A DNA stretch of 64,000 nucleotides, taken from NCBI RefSeq assembly GCF_009914755.1, contig NC_060945.1. One strand, given 5' to 3'. Numbering within the stretch: the stretch's first letter is position 1; every line of letters begins with the position of its first letter. Both the position numbers and the translations under genes were made by a program. The notes below the pieces were generated by a model. It was not told the origin of the DNA. It ran no database searches and saw only the letters and a list, made by a program, of their open reading frames with translations. This stretch comes from the human T2T-CHM13v2.0 reference genome, Homo sapiens. This document shows positions 29,499 through 45,633 of this stretch, piece by piece.

Positions 29499-30401
29499 AG
29501 GGGGACAACAAAAGATCCATGTGGGTGGGTTTCTCGGGAGCATCATGACGTTAGTCTGTGGAGTCTTTAACGCGCCCAAGCTGACTGTTGGTAGAGCCGT
29601 GACCACATCTGCTGCTGCTTTGTATTTGAGACTATTTGAGTTGTGATGTTCCTGCCAACGTTCCTTGGTATCTCTATACGAATAAAATATTCCACAATCG
29701 TTTACTGTTTCTCATGATCTATGGCATCAGTCTTGGCAAGTCCTTTCGTTGATGAATATTTAATAAATACTTAACTGGTCACTTCTGCAGCCTTGTGTAT
29801 TTTCTAGACAAAACCAAGGTACTTACAGTTCGGTCAGAGAGAGAAGGGCCCAGAGAGAGCATTAGGCTCTCATTCCAGCAGCAACTGTAGACCTGGCTGG
29901 TTGCTGCCATCCTGGGCCTGGGGGCACAGAGGGGTCCTGCTTAATCGGCTGACTTTGTAGACTGGCAGACACCTGGGGTTTGTTTCCACATCACAGCAGG
30001 GCACTTGGGCATCTTCACTGAGCATGTTTTTAAGTAGGTGAGAAAATATTGGAATCCCTTGGAAATAGCTGTAGAAATTGGACTATTTACAAATTGTCGT
30101 TTGAAATTGAGAGGTAGTTGACCTGTATTTCTCTTAGGTTTGTCAAAGCAGACTTGAGAAGGTTAATTTCTGTACATTTTATGATTTCTAGGCATTACGT
30201 AGGTATTTGCTAATATTCTGCTTTTGATACAATAGCCTTTGGGGGGTGTGAAGATGGCAGGAGGCTGGGCTCAGCTGCTGTGCCCATCACTGCTGCTTGC
30301 TTCAGTCTGCTCTCGGTGATCTTACTGTGTCCGCGGCCTGCTGCTGCTTACTGTCAGGAAGTGTGACTTGGGGAGTCACTTACGATAATGTCTATTTACA
30401 G

Positions 30402-30916
30402 GTCATAAGATAGTGCTACCCATGCATTCCTTTGCACAACTGCGAGATCTCCATTTTGATCCCTCCAATGCCGTGGTCCACGTGGGCGGCGTTTTGTGCG
30501 TTGAGATAACCATGTACAGCCAGATGCCTGTGCCTGTTCACGTGGAGCAGATTGTGGTCAATGTCCACTTCAGCATTGAGAAAAACAGCTACCGGAAGAC
30601 TGCGGAGTGGCTTACCAAGCACAAGACGTCCAATGGGATCATTAACTTTCCACCCGAGACCGCACCTTTCCCTGTATCCCAAAACAGTTTGCCCGCGCTG
30701 GAGTTGTATGAAATGTTTGAGAGAAGCCCATCTGATAACTCCTTGAACACGACTGGGATTATCTGCAGAAACGTCCACATGCTCCTGAGAAGGCAGGAGA
30801 GCAGCTCCTCTCTAGAGATGCCCTCAGGGGTGGCTCTGGAGGAGGGTGCCCACGTGCTGAGGTGCAGCCACGTGACCCTGGAACCAGGGGCCAACCAGAT
30901 AACATTCAGGACTCAG
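30402..30916 (+). CDS. TRAPPC10: TRAPPC10 exon 14
   Basis: Acceptor tatttacag; (G)HKIVLPMHSFAQLRDLHFDPS...NQITFRTQ (ORF 30413-31006); donor CAG|GTATGC. Confidence 0.95.
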
Positions 30917-31735
30917 GTATGCGTTCAGGGTGGGAACTTGACTTTCAAGTTTGTAAAGCAGGGCCGTGGAGCTTACAAGAACTGTCTGGAGTGTGCTGTG
31001 AATTGAGTAGAGTCCTTTGTTCTCCTAACCCTGTTTTTGTCTCTGTCCTTATACAAAAATACACTGATGTTTTCTTTCGTGTTTTATACAATTTTCTGAC
31101 ATTTGATAAATTCTGAGTGAAGTTCTTAACGTAGATATTTGTTCTTAGATTAAGTTAGCTTTTTAACTCATTGGATTATTGGATTCAGTTAGCTTTCCCC
31201 CCTGCATATGAAAATACACACCCTCATTTGTTAAAATGAGCTTTCAAAGAAGGTGGTACACTTTCCCACTCAAACTTATTTTCCTTTTGTGGCTGGCTGG
31301 GTGTCAAAACTGGTGTTTCTCACCCACTCTAACATAAAGTTTTCTCTGACACAGGATATCCTGTAAGTTCCACTAACTCAACAGGATTTGGCCTGTGGAA
31401 AGTACAGCTATTTGTCACATTTTTTAGTCTAGGGCAGGGCTTAAATCTCGTGCTGAATGTCTCTACAATGCCACAAATACAGTTTAGATAAGTTGAAAAT
31501 ACCTTATTAAAGTTAAATTTAAGCATCAGTTACTCAGAAAATCACGAATTGAGAGATTCTGAGGGCCTTGTGAAGAGCCCAAGCTTAGAGGTTTAGGCAC
31601 AAGAGCAGGGGGTACAAGAGGGAAAGAAGTACAGGCCTTTCTGGAGTTCAGAGAGACCGCTGCACCGCGCTACCGCAGGAAGCTAACTGCAAAACTGGGT
31701 GACGTGGTTTCAAATGCCTGATTCTTTGACTCTAG

Positions 31736-31877
31736 GCCAAGGAACCTGGAACGTATACACTCAGGCAGCTGTGCGCCTCGGTGGGCTCCGTGTGGTTCGT
31801 CCTCCCTCACATCTACCCCATTGTGCAGTACGACGTGTACTCACAGGAGCCCCAGCTGCACGTGGAGCCGCTGGCTG
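31736..31877 (+). CDS. TRAPPC10: TRAPPC10 exon 15
   Basis: Acceptor tttgactctag; AKEPGTYTLRQLCASVGSVWFVLPHIYPIVQYDVYSQEPQLHVEPLA; donor G|GTGAGT. Confidence 0.94.
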
Positions 31878-32195
31878 GTGAGTGGGGTCCCCAGCCTTTG
31901 AGGAGGCGTGCTGCTGGGGCAGTTCTGAGGAGACCTGCTGAGATGCCAGGCTTCTCATAAGTTTTAGCTGTGTCTGCCTTTAAGAGATATTTTGGGTAAC
32001 ATAATGGAAATTTTGCCTGGGAACTAGCTGACTGCCTCTTTTGTTTATCTGAATGTTTGCTTTCCTGTAATTGCTTTTTCATGTTTAATAAACATGGTGT
32101 ATCTGAAAATAAGAAACACAGAAGAATTAGCTCTGAGAGTGGAAAAAAGAAACTCAAGGTATTTTTTTCTATTGGCTCACTCAACCTAATGGTCA

Positions 32196-32937
32196 ATGCA
32201 GAGGACTTCTGGGCCCAAATGTGCAGGGATTTCCCCCTGCCAGCAAGCAAGCAGTCGGTCCTGCAATTCAGTTCTGACCCTGTCTACTGGAGCTGGCGTC
32301 AGACACCACAGGGTGAGGGCTCAGTCCCCAAGACAGTCCCCCCCTTCCCATGCCAGCCACCAGCCCAGGGTTCTTTTGCTTGTGCTCCTGACCAACTAGC
32401 TAGAAATCAGGGCTCTCACAACCCCCTTTCTGGGTTTGATGAATTTGTTAGAACAGCTCACAGAACTCAGGGAAACAGGTTGACTGGATTATTATAAGGG
32501 ATATAGATGAAGAAGTGTGGAGGGTGAGGTATGGGGAAAGGGGTGCAGAGCTTCCACGCCCTCCCTGGGCGCCACCCTCCAGGAACCTCCATGTGTTCAG
32601 CTGCCTGAAAGCTCTCCAGACCCTGTCCTTTGGTTTTTATGGAAGTGACATTACACAGGCATGATCGATTACACCACTGGCCACTGATGAGCAACTCGAC
32701 CTTCAGCCCCTCTTTCCTCCCTGGAGGTTGGGTGCCACTGCTGAAAGGCCCGACCCTCTAATCCTGCCCTGGTCATTCTGGTGACCAGTCCTCATCTTGA
32801 AGCTACCTTGGAGCTGCCAGCCTCCAATCAACTCATTAGCCTACAAAAAGACATCACTTTGGAGATTCTAAGGAATTTGGGAGCTAGTATGCCTGGAAAT
32901 GGGGTTGAAAACTACATGTGTATTTTACAGTGTCACA
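32196..32937 (-). mobile_element. Solo LTR, MER21-like (ERVL class)
   Basis: Ends in ...gtgtcaca (TGTGA start on the minus strand). Internal motifs aaaaagacatcactttggagattctaagga and accctctaatcctgcc resemble MER21 as I recall it. Confidence 0.7.
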
Positions 32938-33049
32938 TTAGGCCAAGAAGCAGCTAATGTCTACCACAGGGTTTCATAAATATGTATATAATTTCCTGCT
33001 TAGAAGTACGTTTCAAATGCTAAACACTAGATTTAGTTAGGATCTATAC

Positions 33050-33335
33050 TCAGATCCCAGCACTTTGGGAGGCCAAGGCTTTGAGACCAGCATGGGTAAG
33101 CCAGTCGGGGCAGGATGACAAAACCCCATCTCTGCAAAATAAAAAAATGAAGTAAATTAGCTGGGTGTAGTCGTGCGCCACGGCCTCTAGTCCTAGCTAC
33201 AGGCTGGAGCCCCAGCTGAGGCTCCTGCCTCAGCCTCCTGAGCCCAGGAGTTTGAGGCCTCAGGGAGCTGTGATTGCGCCACTGTTCTCCAGCGTGGGTG
33301 ACAGAACAAAACTCCATCTCTTAAAAAAAAAAAAA
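33050..33335 (+). mobile_element. Diverged Alu
   Basis: Alu motifs and poly(A) tail. Confidence 0.82.
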
Positions 33336-34415
33336 GTTTTCCTTTGAAAGGGTTGATTAAACTTGTCCGTCTGGCATGGCATTTGAGAAATTCAAAGCTA
33401 TTGTCCTTTCTGATAAGTTCTAAAATTGGAAGGAGTTGCTATAAACAAATGATTGAAGAACATGTGGCAGCTGAACAAGAGTGAGTGAATGTCTCCTTTG
33501 TTCGGGCTAGCAACGATTTATTTATTTGCCTGTTTCTTCTACGTGGAAAAAAATCACAAAGGGCATTTTTCTGTTATTCCCCCATTCCCCCTATTTTTCT
33601 GCATTTGTGCCTCTTGTGTGGCCACCAGCAAAGGCTGTCAGATGTGGGACACAGCAGTCAGTCTCTCCAGTGATTCTTCCATTGGAACATTGTGTAGAGA
33701 AGCTGAACTCGATTCCCGCAGGGGAGCCGAAGCACCAGCCAGCAGGCCCTGCCCTCCCCATGGCCCAGCGGCTGCAGTGCCAGGCTCATGGCCTGGCTCC
33801 TGCTTCCTGCCTAGTGTCCCCTGTCTCTGTCCACTCTCCCCCCGGTCCTGGTATCTTGCCTGCCTTCTGTCTTCCCTGCAGCAGGATTCTCAGAGGCCTC
33901 AGCTCACTCCTGCCTCTCATTGCTGTCTTGGAGTGAGGGGGAGCCACCTGACTGCTGACTGTTCTTAACCCAAAAGCCCGTGGCCTGAAGCTGAAAAATC
34001 CAGAGAAGGTTTTGAATATTTGAGCAGCACCAGCACAGTCAAGTTTTCTTTACAGTCTCTTCTTAAGCCTCATTATGTGATTCTCTTCTACTACTAATGG
34101 GCAGGCAAATTTTGTGACCCTCAGAGACGTAGTCATGATCATAATCCCTGACTTGCTGAACCAAGATGGGTATAAGACTCCTTGACTCACAGGATTCTTT
34201 TTTCCCCAGCAAGGTTCTCCTTCAACCCTGTAGTCCACATCATTGAGATGAAAAGTTAGGGCAGAAGGGAATGGAAGTAGAAGGAATTCATGGAGATCCC
34301 AAAGGAGCAAATCTTTCATAGTAAAAGAAATAGAGCCCCTTTCACCCCATTGCGGGCCCTGAGATGCTGTCTTCCGGTTGGCAGCGGTGCTGAGCCACGA
34401 TCTCTTTTCCTTTAG

Positions 34416-34574
34416 ATAGCCTTCTGGCAGGCATTCCTCAGAGAGTCAAGTTCACTGTCACTACCGGCCATTATACGATAAAGAATGGAGACAGCCTGCA
34501 GCTTAGCAATGCCGAAGCCATGCTCATCCTGTGCCAGGCGGAGAGCAGGGCTGTGGTCTACTCCAACACGAGAG
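34416..34574 (+). CDS. TRAPPC10: TRAPPC10 exon 16
   Basis: Acceptor cttttcctttag; (D)SLLAGIPQRVKFTVTTGHYTIKNGDSLQLSNAEAMLILCQAESRAVVYSNTR; donor G|GTGAGG. Confidence 0.94.
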
Positions 34575-35312
34575 GTGAGGTGCCGCCCACCCAGGCCCAA
34601 GGAGGATGCCCACCTTGCCCTGCACTGTGTGGGTGTGAGGGTGAGCCTGGCCTTGCTGCCATCCTGCTGAGCGCCCCTCAACAGTGTCTGGAGTCCGTGT
34701 TCCATAGGAGCCCTGCGGCCTGATGCCTGTGCTGGGGTCCCATCTGAGGTGATAAACTGAGAGTGGTTCACACGCTGAGTGGCCGAGCAGTGCTTGTCTG
34801 GCTGAGGATTAGGAGATGGGGGTCACGGCTGGGGTCACGTTCCATGGTGATGCCTGCCAGACCCTGTCCCCCTTGGGCTGGCCCTGCTCCCGAGAAGCAA
34901 AAGCAGAGCAGCCCTTGCAGGTGCTGTTGAGAGCCCTGAGCACTCCCATCCTCCCAGCCACGAGGAAGGGGAAGGGGAGGACCCTGCTCCCCTGGGGTGG
35001 GGGTGGATCTGCGGATGAGCTGGAACGGGAGAAAGTCATGCAGGGACCTACACAGGACTTGGGTGGGCCCCGTGGGAAATGCCCTTTTCCTCTCTTCAGA
35101 TTGAGATCAATGATGGGTCTGGGCGCCTGCCTGCCGGCTTTCACACAGGGCTGCTCTGTCCTAGGGGCCTTGTTCTTGGGTTTGCCTGCCAGGTGCGCAG
35201 GAGCGGGAGAGGTTGAGCAGTGGCCTCACTGCTGGGCCATCACCTGCTGTAAGGAAAAGGACAAGTGAAACCGAGGGAACAGCTTTGAAGTGACTTTTTC
35301 TGTCCTTCGTAG

Positions 35313-35542
35313 AACAGTCTTCTGAGGCCGCGCTCCGGATTCAGTCCTCCGACAAGGTCACGAGCATCAGTCTGCCTGTTGCGCCTGCGTACCACGTGAT
35401 CGAATTTGAACTGGAAGTTCTCTCTTTACCTTCAGCCCCAGCACTCGGAGGGGAGAGTGACATGCTGGGGATGGCAGAGCCCCACAGGAAGCATAAGGAC
35501 AAACAGAGAACTGGCCGCTGCATGGTTACCACAGACCACAAA
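35313..35542 (+). CDS. TRAPPC10: TRAPPC10 exon 17
   Basis: Acceptor tccttcgtag; (E)QSSEAALRIQSSDKVTSISLP...MVTTDHK; donor AAA|GTGAGT. Confidence 0.93.
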
Positions 35543-36319
35543 GTGAGTAGGGACAGTGGAGGAGCTTAGCTTGTGGGGCGTCCGCCGCCCGCCTGCCTGC
35601 TGGGAAAGGCGATGTAGCGATGCCTGCTGTTAGCCTGGCTCCTTCTGATTCCCGATGCCCTGGGCATGTGTTTAGCAGTTCTGTCTGTCTGTGAATCACC
35701 CTTTCTTAGATAAGGGGTGCATTTTTTGCAAGGGCAGAGACAAGCCAGCTCTACCTTTCCCTCTCAGTTCCAGGGGCCAGGGAGTTTGCTGTAAGAGGTT
35801 AGGGCCGGCTTAGGCATGAGGGGCGTAAAACTTGGGTCATGTCCATTAGACCGGTGACGAGGCCAGAGGAGGTCTGTGTCGTGTGTGCCTCGGTGTCTGT
35901 CCACTGAAACTCATAAGCTCAGCCACGGAGGAGCTGTCTCATTTTAGGCTTTGGTGCTGGTACTTACTGACAGTTACTTGAGAAAGATGTGATTTCGGTC
36001 CCAGAGCCACAGGATATCAGCTCATGGAATGTGTCGCTGCATCATGTTACTCAGGGTGTGCCCAAGTCTCGTAGCCCAGAAATCAATCCTGAGGGCCCTG
36101 AAACAGCCCAGGGGCCGCAGTATACGCCCAAGAGCAGCGGGGGCAAAGGGCAAGGCATGCCGTCTTTCCAAAGCACGGAGTCACCAGACAAGTCCACGCC
36201 TGAAGACGAATGTTGTAATGTTCAGCTTTTGAAGAACCTGAGGAAGTGTCTTTCCCTTAACTCACACAGACGTTCACCATTCACGAAGGTGGCGCTTAGC
36301 TCAGCAGGAGCGCGCAGCA

Positions 36320-36885
36320 CTGGTGGCACCTGTGCTATGTGCCGTGTTATCCCGCTCTTCCCTGGCGCTGGTGGCACCTGTGCTGTGTGCCGTGTTATCC
36401 CACTCTTCCCTGGCGCTGGCGGCACCTGTGCTGTGTGCCATGTTATCCCACTCTTCCCTGACACTGGCGGCACCTGTGCTATGTGCCGTGTTATCCTCTC
36501 TTCCCTGGCGCTGGCGGCACCTGTGCTGTGTGCCGTGTTATCCCACTCTTCTCTGGCGCTGGCGGCACCTGTGCTGTGTGCCGTGTTATCCTCTTTTCCC
36601 TGGCACTGGCGGCACCTGTGCTGTGTGCCGTGTTACCCCGCTCTTCCCTGGCGCTGGTGGCACCTGTGCTATGTGCCGTGTTATCCTCTCTTCCCTGGCG
36701 CTGGTGGCACCTGTGCTATGTGCCGTGTTATCCTCTCTTCCCTGGCGCTGGTGGCACCTGTGCTGTGTGCTGTGTTATCCTCTCTTCCCTGGCGCTGGTG
36801 GCACCTGTGCTATGTGCCGTGTTATCCTCTCTTCCCTGGCACTGGCGGCACGCACGCTGTGTGCTGGGGTATTCACCTCTTCCCT
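36320..36885. repeat. Minisatellite, 47-48 bp unit, ~12 copies (TRAPPC10 intron 17)
   Basis: Unit ctggtggcacctgtgctatgtgccgtgttatcccgctcttccctggcg with point variants. Confidence 0.95.
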
Positions 36886-37446
36886 GTGGGGAATAAGGCT
36901 TGAGACTTGCTTCCTTCCTGCCCTTAAGGGATGTAATAGCTTTGTCCTCACTGTGCCCCTAAACTGATTTGGTTTTCAGTTACATATTCAGCCTCACATG
37001 GATTAAATGCTTAGATAATTCATTAACTATGGAGTAGTTACTGATTGGCTAATGTCATCTGGAAATACATGACTGAAAGCACTTTGTCAAAACCCTGTGC
37101 ACATTGCAACATGCATGGCTCCGCGGCCCTGCGTGTATGGGAGCAGCAGGTGGGTCTGCTGCTTAGAGGACGGCTGTGCTCTTCCGCCGTTGAGGTGACT
37201 CTGGTGATGTGTGCATGTCTTGCCAGTTCTGCGTTCGTTTCTCTTGTCTGTATGCATAGCTTCCTGTTTCTCGTTGGTTTGTGTATGTGTTGGGTAAGGC
37301 TTTGCTTCCTGGATAATGAGTGGTTGAAGCCATAATAAAATGTCTAGGGCGTGGGCGGGCACTGCAGGTGAGTCTGGGCAGCAGTGGTGGTGGCTGTGCT
37401 GTCCGTCGGCGAGTGGTCTGAGAGTGTCTTTGTGCTTCCTCCTCAG

Positions 37447-37547
37447 GTGTCGATTGACTGCCCGTGGTCCATCTACTCCACAGTCATCGCACTGACCTTC
37501 AGCGTACCCTTCAGGACCACACACAGCCTCCTGTCCTCAGGAACACG
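37447..37547 (+). CDS. TRAPPC10: TRAPPC10 exon 18
   Basis: Acceptor cttcctcctcag; VSIDCPWSIYSTVIALTFSVPFRTTHSLLSSGT(R); donor CG|GTAACG. Confidence 0.93.
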
Positions 37548-37967
37548 GTAACGGAGGCGTAGCGTGCGGGCCCTGGCTTCTTTCCCCAGACTCTTCTAAG
37601 TGGAGGTTCCTAATGTTCAAAACTGGCCTTCGTGGTGACCAAGGATGTCTTCTTATGTGACCACAAGGCCATTGTTTGTGTCTTAAAATCCACAATTCCC
37701 TGGTGTCCTGTGACATCCAGTTCATATTCAGGTTTTCCCAACTGTCTGAAAATGACCTTTTATGGTTGCTTTGTGTGACTTGGGGTCCAAAATCTCCATC
37801 AGACCACTAGATCTCTGTTCATCCTTTCTTCCCTGTTTTCAAGCCATCGACTTGTTCACTTGCAGGCCAGGTTTCCTCTGGACGCCCGCCTTTCTGGATC
37901 TGGCTGGATTTGTTAACTAGTTCTCCTGTCCCTGTATTTCTTGTCAATTGCCTGCAACCTCTAGAAC

Positions 37968-38181
37968 AGGAGCTTTTAAGCTCAGCATTAGTGACATTTT
38001 GGGCTAGATAACTCTGTTGTAGGGGCTTTCCTGTGTGCTGTAGGGTGTTGAGCAGCACCCCAGGCTCTCCCATGAGATGCCAGTAGCACTCCCCACCTGC
38101 AGGTGTGGCAGCCACAGATGTCTGTAGACACTGCCCAGTGTCCTCTGGGTGGGGCGGACGTGCCCCAGTGGAAAACAGCTG
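37968..38181 (-). mobile_element. MER20 (hAT-Charlie) DNA transposon
   Basis: gacattttgggctagataa...gatgccagtagcac...gatgtctgtagacactgcc matches the MER20 reverse complement; CAG...CTG ends. Confidence 0.8.
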
Positions 38182-38525
38182 CCCTAAAGGCTTGAGTAGA
38201 CTCCAGTTCTGCTTTGAGGCAGGCGGGGCTGTGTGCTTCCTGTTGACTGCACCGGGAGGCCCACGGTGTCCAGGTGTCCTACCTTAGTGACGGTGCTAGC
38301 GTTGATCAATGGGCTCGGGATGCTAGCCTGGCCTCTCACCACAACTTTTTATCCATTGATGATGTGTGGATAATTTGGAAACAAAAACGTCAGACCCATG
38401 TTTAGAATGGAACATTATACTAGCAGCTTTTTTCCCCTTCAAATCACAGCAAAGGGAACTGTAGATATTAATAGTTAAAAACATCAATAATCTCTAAAAG
38501 AACCTTATTAAAAAATTATTTTTCA

Positions 38526-39351
<826 letters not shown>

Positions 39352-39536
39352 AAAAAGGTTTATTTTCTGGCACTTTTCGGTGTGAAATCTGAAGGGAAAC
39401 TTATGCAACAACTTAGCTTACTTTGCTTTGTTGCTTTTTTGATTCCCCAGGCAGAGAGGGTCTCCTTAACAAAGCTAAGATATATTTAATAAAGTTCTTA
39501 CATATCAAAATAATACTTTTTGTTTTTCCACTTTAG

Positions 39537-39663
39537 GAAATATGTTCAAGTTTGTGTCCAGAATTTGTCAGAACTTGACTTTCAGCTGTCAGATAGTTAT
39601 CTTGTAGATACCGGTGATAGTACCGACCTGCAACTAGTACCACTGAACACGCAGTCCCAGCAG
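39537..39663 (+). CDS. TRAPPC10: TRAPPC10 exon 19
   Basis: Acceptor ttccactttag; KYVQVCVQNLSELDFQLSDSYLVDTGDSTDLQLVPLNTQSQQ; donor CAG|GTAAAC. Confidence 0.94.
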
Positions 39664-40404
39664 GTAAACATTGTGTAGACCTGAGCATAAACTTCTCAAC
39701 AGAGAACCAGAGTGTACGGAAATGATGTAGTATGTGTTGCGACTGAGCCTTTAGATAGAACAGCTGCACTGCTGATGAGTAAAGGCTCCTGTGCAGCTCC
39801 TCCGGCTGCCCTGAGGCTGGATCGAGGCTTGCTCCTGAGTAAGCGGGTGGCTGGATGGATGAATTCTTCTTTTTAGAAGAATTAAATCTGAAACTGGTCC
39901 CACTCTATGCGTAGACGTGTGCAGATCCAAGCTTCTGTTTGAACGCACTGTTGATTGCATGGGCACTGCTCCACTCTGCCCAGAGCCTGATGCCTGCCAG
40001 TGCCAGAGCGATGGTGCCCGACACCTTGGTGCCTTTGTAAAAGAGCCATGCTTGTGCCTGCATCTGGACCTTGCTTTTTCTGTTTATGGCTCGCTGCCTG
40101 GATGAATCTTGACCTTGCTTTTTCCGTTTATCTTTCACGTGTGTTTTTAGGCAGTAAATGCTGAGTGTTTAGAGATCAAAGGCTTTCTTAATGGATGTCT
40201 GAATCTTCAGCATTTTCAAAGGATTTTCCCCCACTAATCCTTTAGCTCTTTCAGATATCACTGGGGCTCATCACTGTGCTTTTAGGTGTGGACTTTACAT
40301 GTAATAGCGGTGTTCAGCCCCTGCATTAGGTTGTGCTGGTTCCTAAAATAATTTAAATATAAAATAATTGGCTGGATGTAAAGATTTACTTTTTATCTTA
40401 TTTT

Positions 40405-41392
<988 letters not shown>

Positions 41393-41677
41393 CTACTTTT
41401 TAATGATCTCATATGATATAAAACTTATGGTATCATAAAAAGTTAAAGATTTACCAATTTTGTACAATCTTCTGCTGGGACAAGGCCAGGCAAAGGGAGT
41501 CAGGGCAGGGACAGGTGCTGTGGGGCCTAAAGCAGCATGCATAGGCGTGCTGTGAGGCGGGGCCTGCCCATGGTGTCTGCTCAGCACCCTTCGCATGGCG
41601 TGTGTTTCGCTGCAGTGTCTGTGTCCTCTTTGCGGTTATGGTGCTGTGTGAGCAGTGACCCCCAACTCTCTTTCCAG

Positions 41678-41848
41678 CCCATCTACAGCAAGCAGTCGGT
41701 GTTCTTCGTCTGGGAACTCAAGTGGACAGAAGAGCCTCCCCCTTCTCTGCATTGCCGGTTCTCTGTTGGATTTTCCCCAGCTTCTGAGGAACAGCTGTCT
41801 ATCTCCTTAAAGCCGTATACTTATGAATTTAAAGTGGAAAATTTTTTT
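41678..41848 (+). CDS. TRAPPC10: TRAPPC10 exon 20
   Basis: Acceptor ctctttccag; PIYSKQSVFFVWELKWTEEPPP...EFKVENFF; donor TTT|GTAAGT. Confidence 0.94.
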
Positions 41849-42664
41849 GTAAGTGATGTATTATTTTGGGAGGGTGGGGTGGAAAAATGAAAGATGGCAT
41901 TATGTTCTTTATAATCTGAAGAACTGAATAGACAGCTTCTGTCAACATAATGAAGGAGCAGCTGGAGAAAAACAGTTGTTGGGGTAGTTGAATCATTGAC
42001 TGTCTTTATTTTAGAACCCCAGGTCCTTCTCAAGTGACACATCTGAGATGCCCACACTCCTGGGGGCATCTCTAAGAGGAGTGTTTGTCATTTGGAAAGC
42101 CCAAAGATTCCTTTTTTCTTCTATCTTTTTCCCTTTCTCATGTTGACTTAGTAACTCCCTGGAAATATTTCTTGGAGTCATTTCATCTTCAGGGGCATTG
42201 CTTTCTAAGGCATATCTCTAGTTTTTCAAAGAAAAGCTGAAAACATATGAAAACCTGCTAGCTGAGTATTGTGAAGATTTTCTTAGAACTTGTGCATCAT
42301 TTGGTAGAAGCCAATTTGAGTGTGGAATGAAGAGTAGCCTTGAGCTAGGTGAGTAGATACAGGTGTGTGCTGTGTTCCTTTAGGGAGATGATTTGACTTA
42401 ATGTTTTGCAATTTTGTGATACTTTCTTTTCTTCTCTTTACTATTTGAAATTATCAAACAATGTTTATTTGAAGTGTTTGTCTTTATAGTTTTGATATTA
42501 GCAGTTTTTTTCTATCTTCTTCCATCCAAGACAAATTGTTTTGACCTTCATGTTTTATATAACTCTCCTTAAATAAATTTAAATGAATAAATAAAACCAC
42601 AAATTATTAAATAATTTAATTAAATCAAATAATAGTATATATTATAATAATAATTTATATATAA

Positions 42665-43482
<818 letters not shown>

Positions 43483-43499
43483 AAAGTACGGGTTTGTAT

Positions 43500-44200
43500 G
43501 TTGCTGTATCTATTCAATTCTCCTGGTAAAGACCTGAGTGGAATTTCTGGGTCATAGGGTAACTCTGTGGTTAGCTTTTTGAGCAACTGCCAACTTTTTC
43601 CAGAGGGCTCTACATTCCCACCAGCAACATAGTGGATTCCAGCTGGGACCCAGAGAGTCCCAGCTTCTGTGTGTCCTGCCAGCACTTGTCTCACTGTGTT
43701 TTTGGTTGTGGCTGTCCCAATTGGCAGGCGTTTCCCCAGTGGCTGGTGATGTGCTGCGGCTCGTGGGCGTGTGGCCCATTTTTCTGCCTTCTTTGGAAGG
43801 ATGTCTGTTCAGATCCTTTCCCCATGTTTAAATAGGGTTATTTGTTTTTTATTATTGAATTGTAAGTTCTTTATATATCCTAGGTACCAGGTCCTTATAT
43901 ATGATTTGCAAGTATTTTCTTCCATTTGTTGTCTTTTGAAGCACCAAAGTTAAATTTTGATGAAATCCAATTCAACTCTCTCTTTTATTGCTTAAATTTT
44001 TTGCTTTGGACCTAGAAAATCATTGCCTTTGGTCAAAAAGATTTTCTCTTGCATTTCCTTCCAAGATGTTCGTAATTTGAGCACTTGCATTTAGGTCTGT
44101 GATCTACTTTGACTTAATTTCTGTGTATGGTGAGAGGTAGGGTCCAAATTTGTTCTTTTCAAATGACCCAGCAGGTGTCCCTATCCCATCTGTCATGACG
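43500..44200 (-). mobile_element. L1M fragment
   Basis: Antisense L1 motifs (acattcccaccagcaa; atgtctgttcagatccttt; tttaggtctgtgatcta). Confidence 0.75.
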
Positions 44201-45276
44201 ATGCTTTCCTCCCTGCAGGGTGGCCCTGGCCCCCTTGCCAGATTCCAGCTGGCCGTCAGTGCTCGCGTGTCTCTCTGAAGAGGCTCTGCGGTTCTGGTCC
44301 CTGTGCCTGAGCTCCAGGTGCCGCCAGGTGAGGCCCCTGCTGCTCGCCTTGGGCTGTGCTTTCCCCCAGCCACTCTCCTTCCCAGATGCAGCCCAGAGCA
44401 GCGTTCAGGCACACGCAGGTCTCATCACACCCCACTGTGTCCTACTGCAACTCTGGGTGTCCTTCAAGCCCTGAGGCAAATCTGCATTCTTTGCTGGATT
44501 CAGAAACATTCAGACTGTGCCCCAGCCAGAAGCTTCTGAGGAGGAGGTATTTCAGTGGGCCTCTAGCACAGTGTTCTACTGCTTCAGTTCCCAGGACCTA
44601 CGGGCACCCGGGCCCACGGCTGGCACTTTTGCATCTGTGTATTTGGGATCTTTTCTGCCCTGTGGCTTGAGAGCCCCAGGAAGTCCCAGCATGGCCCCTC
44701 TTGAGACTGGTGGGAGTTTGTCCCATGTCCGAACAGAGGTAATTGGGCATTTGGTAGGAGATCACCTAGAAAGGCCGCTCTTGGGACTGCTGTTTAGGCT
44801 GTGAACTCCCATAAAACGGCTTCATCTTGGCCTCAGACTCCAGACAAATGCTTCTTAATATACTGAAATCTCTTCTTTGAACATTTTACAATGCCAATAG
44901 AACACTTTTTAAGTCAAGCTATACTGTATTACACACGCTCGCGCGCACACACAACGCTTCCCCTCAGAAGTGGAACTGCCAGGTTGTAGTGCATGAGCCC
45001 TTTTTCATCTTGGCAGTGGCAGATGTGTTTTGATCGTTTGTCATGGGTGGTGGTAGAATGTTAAGCATGTTTGAATAGCCACCGAGAATAGGTTGATTAT
45101 GGAAAGAAAACACGGACAAAGTAGATTATGGACTGAATTGGGTTATACCAAGGAATTCCTGTTGCTTTTGCTAGTTGTAATAATAGCATTGTGTTTTGGT
45201 AAGAAAAAGGCCTTAGTGTTTAGTAATGCATACTGAAGCAGATGGGGCAAAATAACAGGTTGTCTGAAATTTGCTT

Positions 45277-45633
<357 letters not shown>

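Noticed and set aside
35989-36967. 304-, 214- and 137-aa ORFs as a novel Cys-rich protein
   Set aside because: They arise from the stop-poor minisatellite, are open in several frames at once, and sit in an intron with no gene structure.
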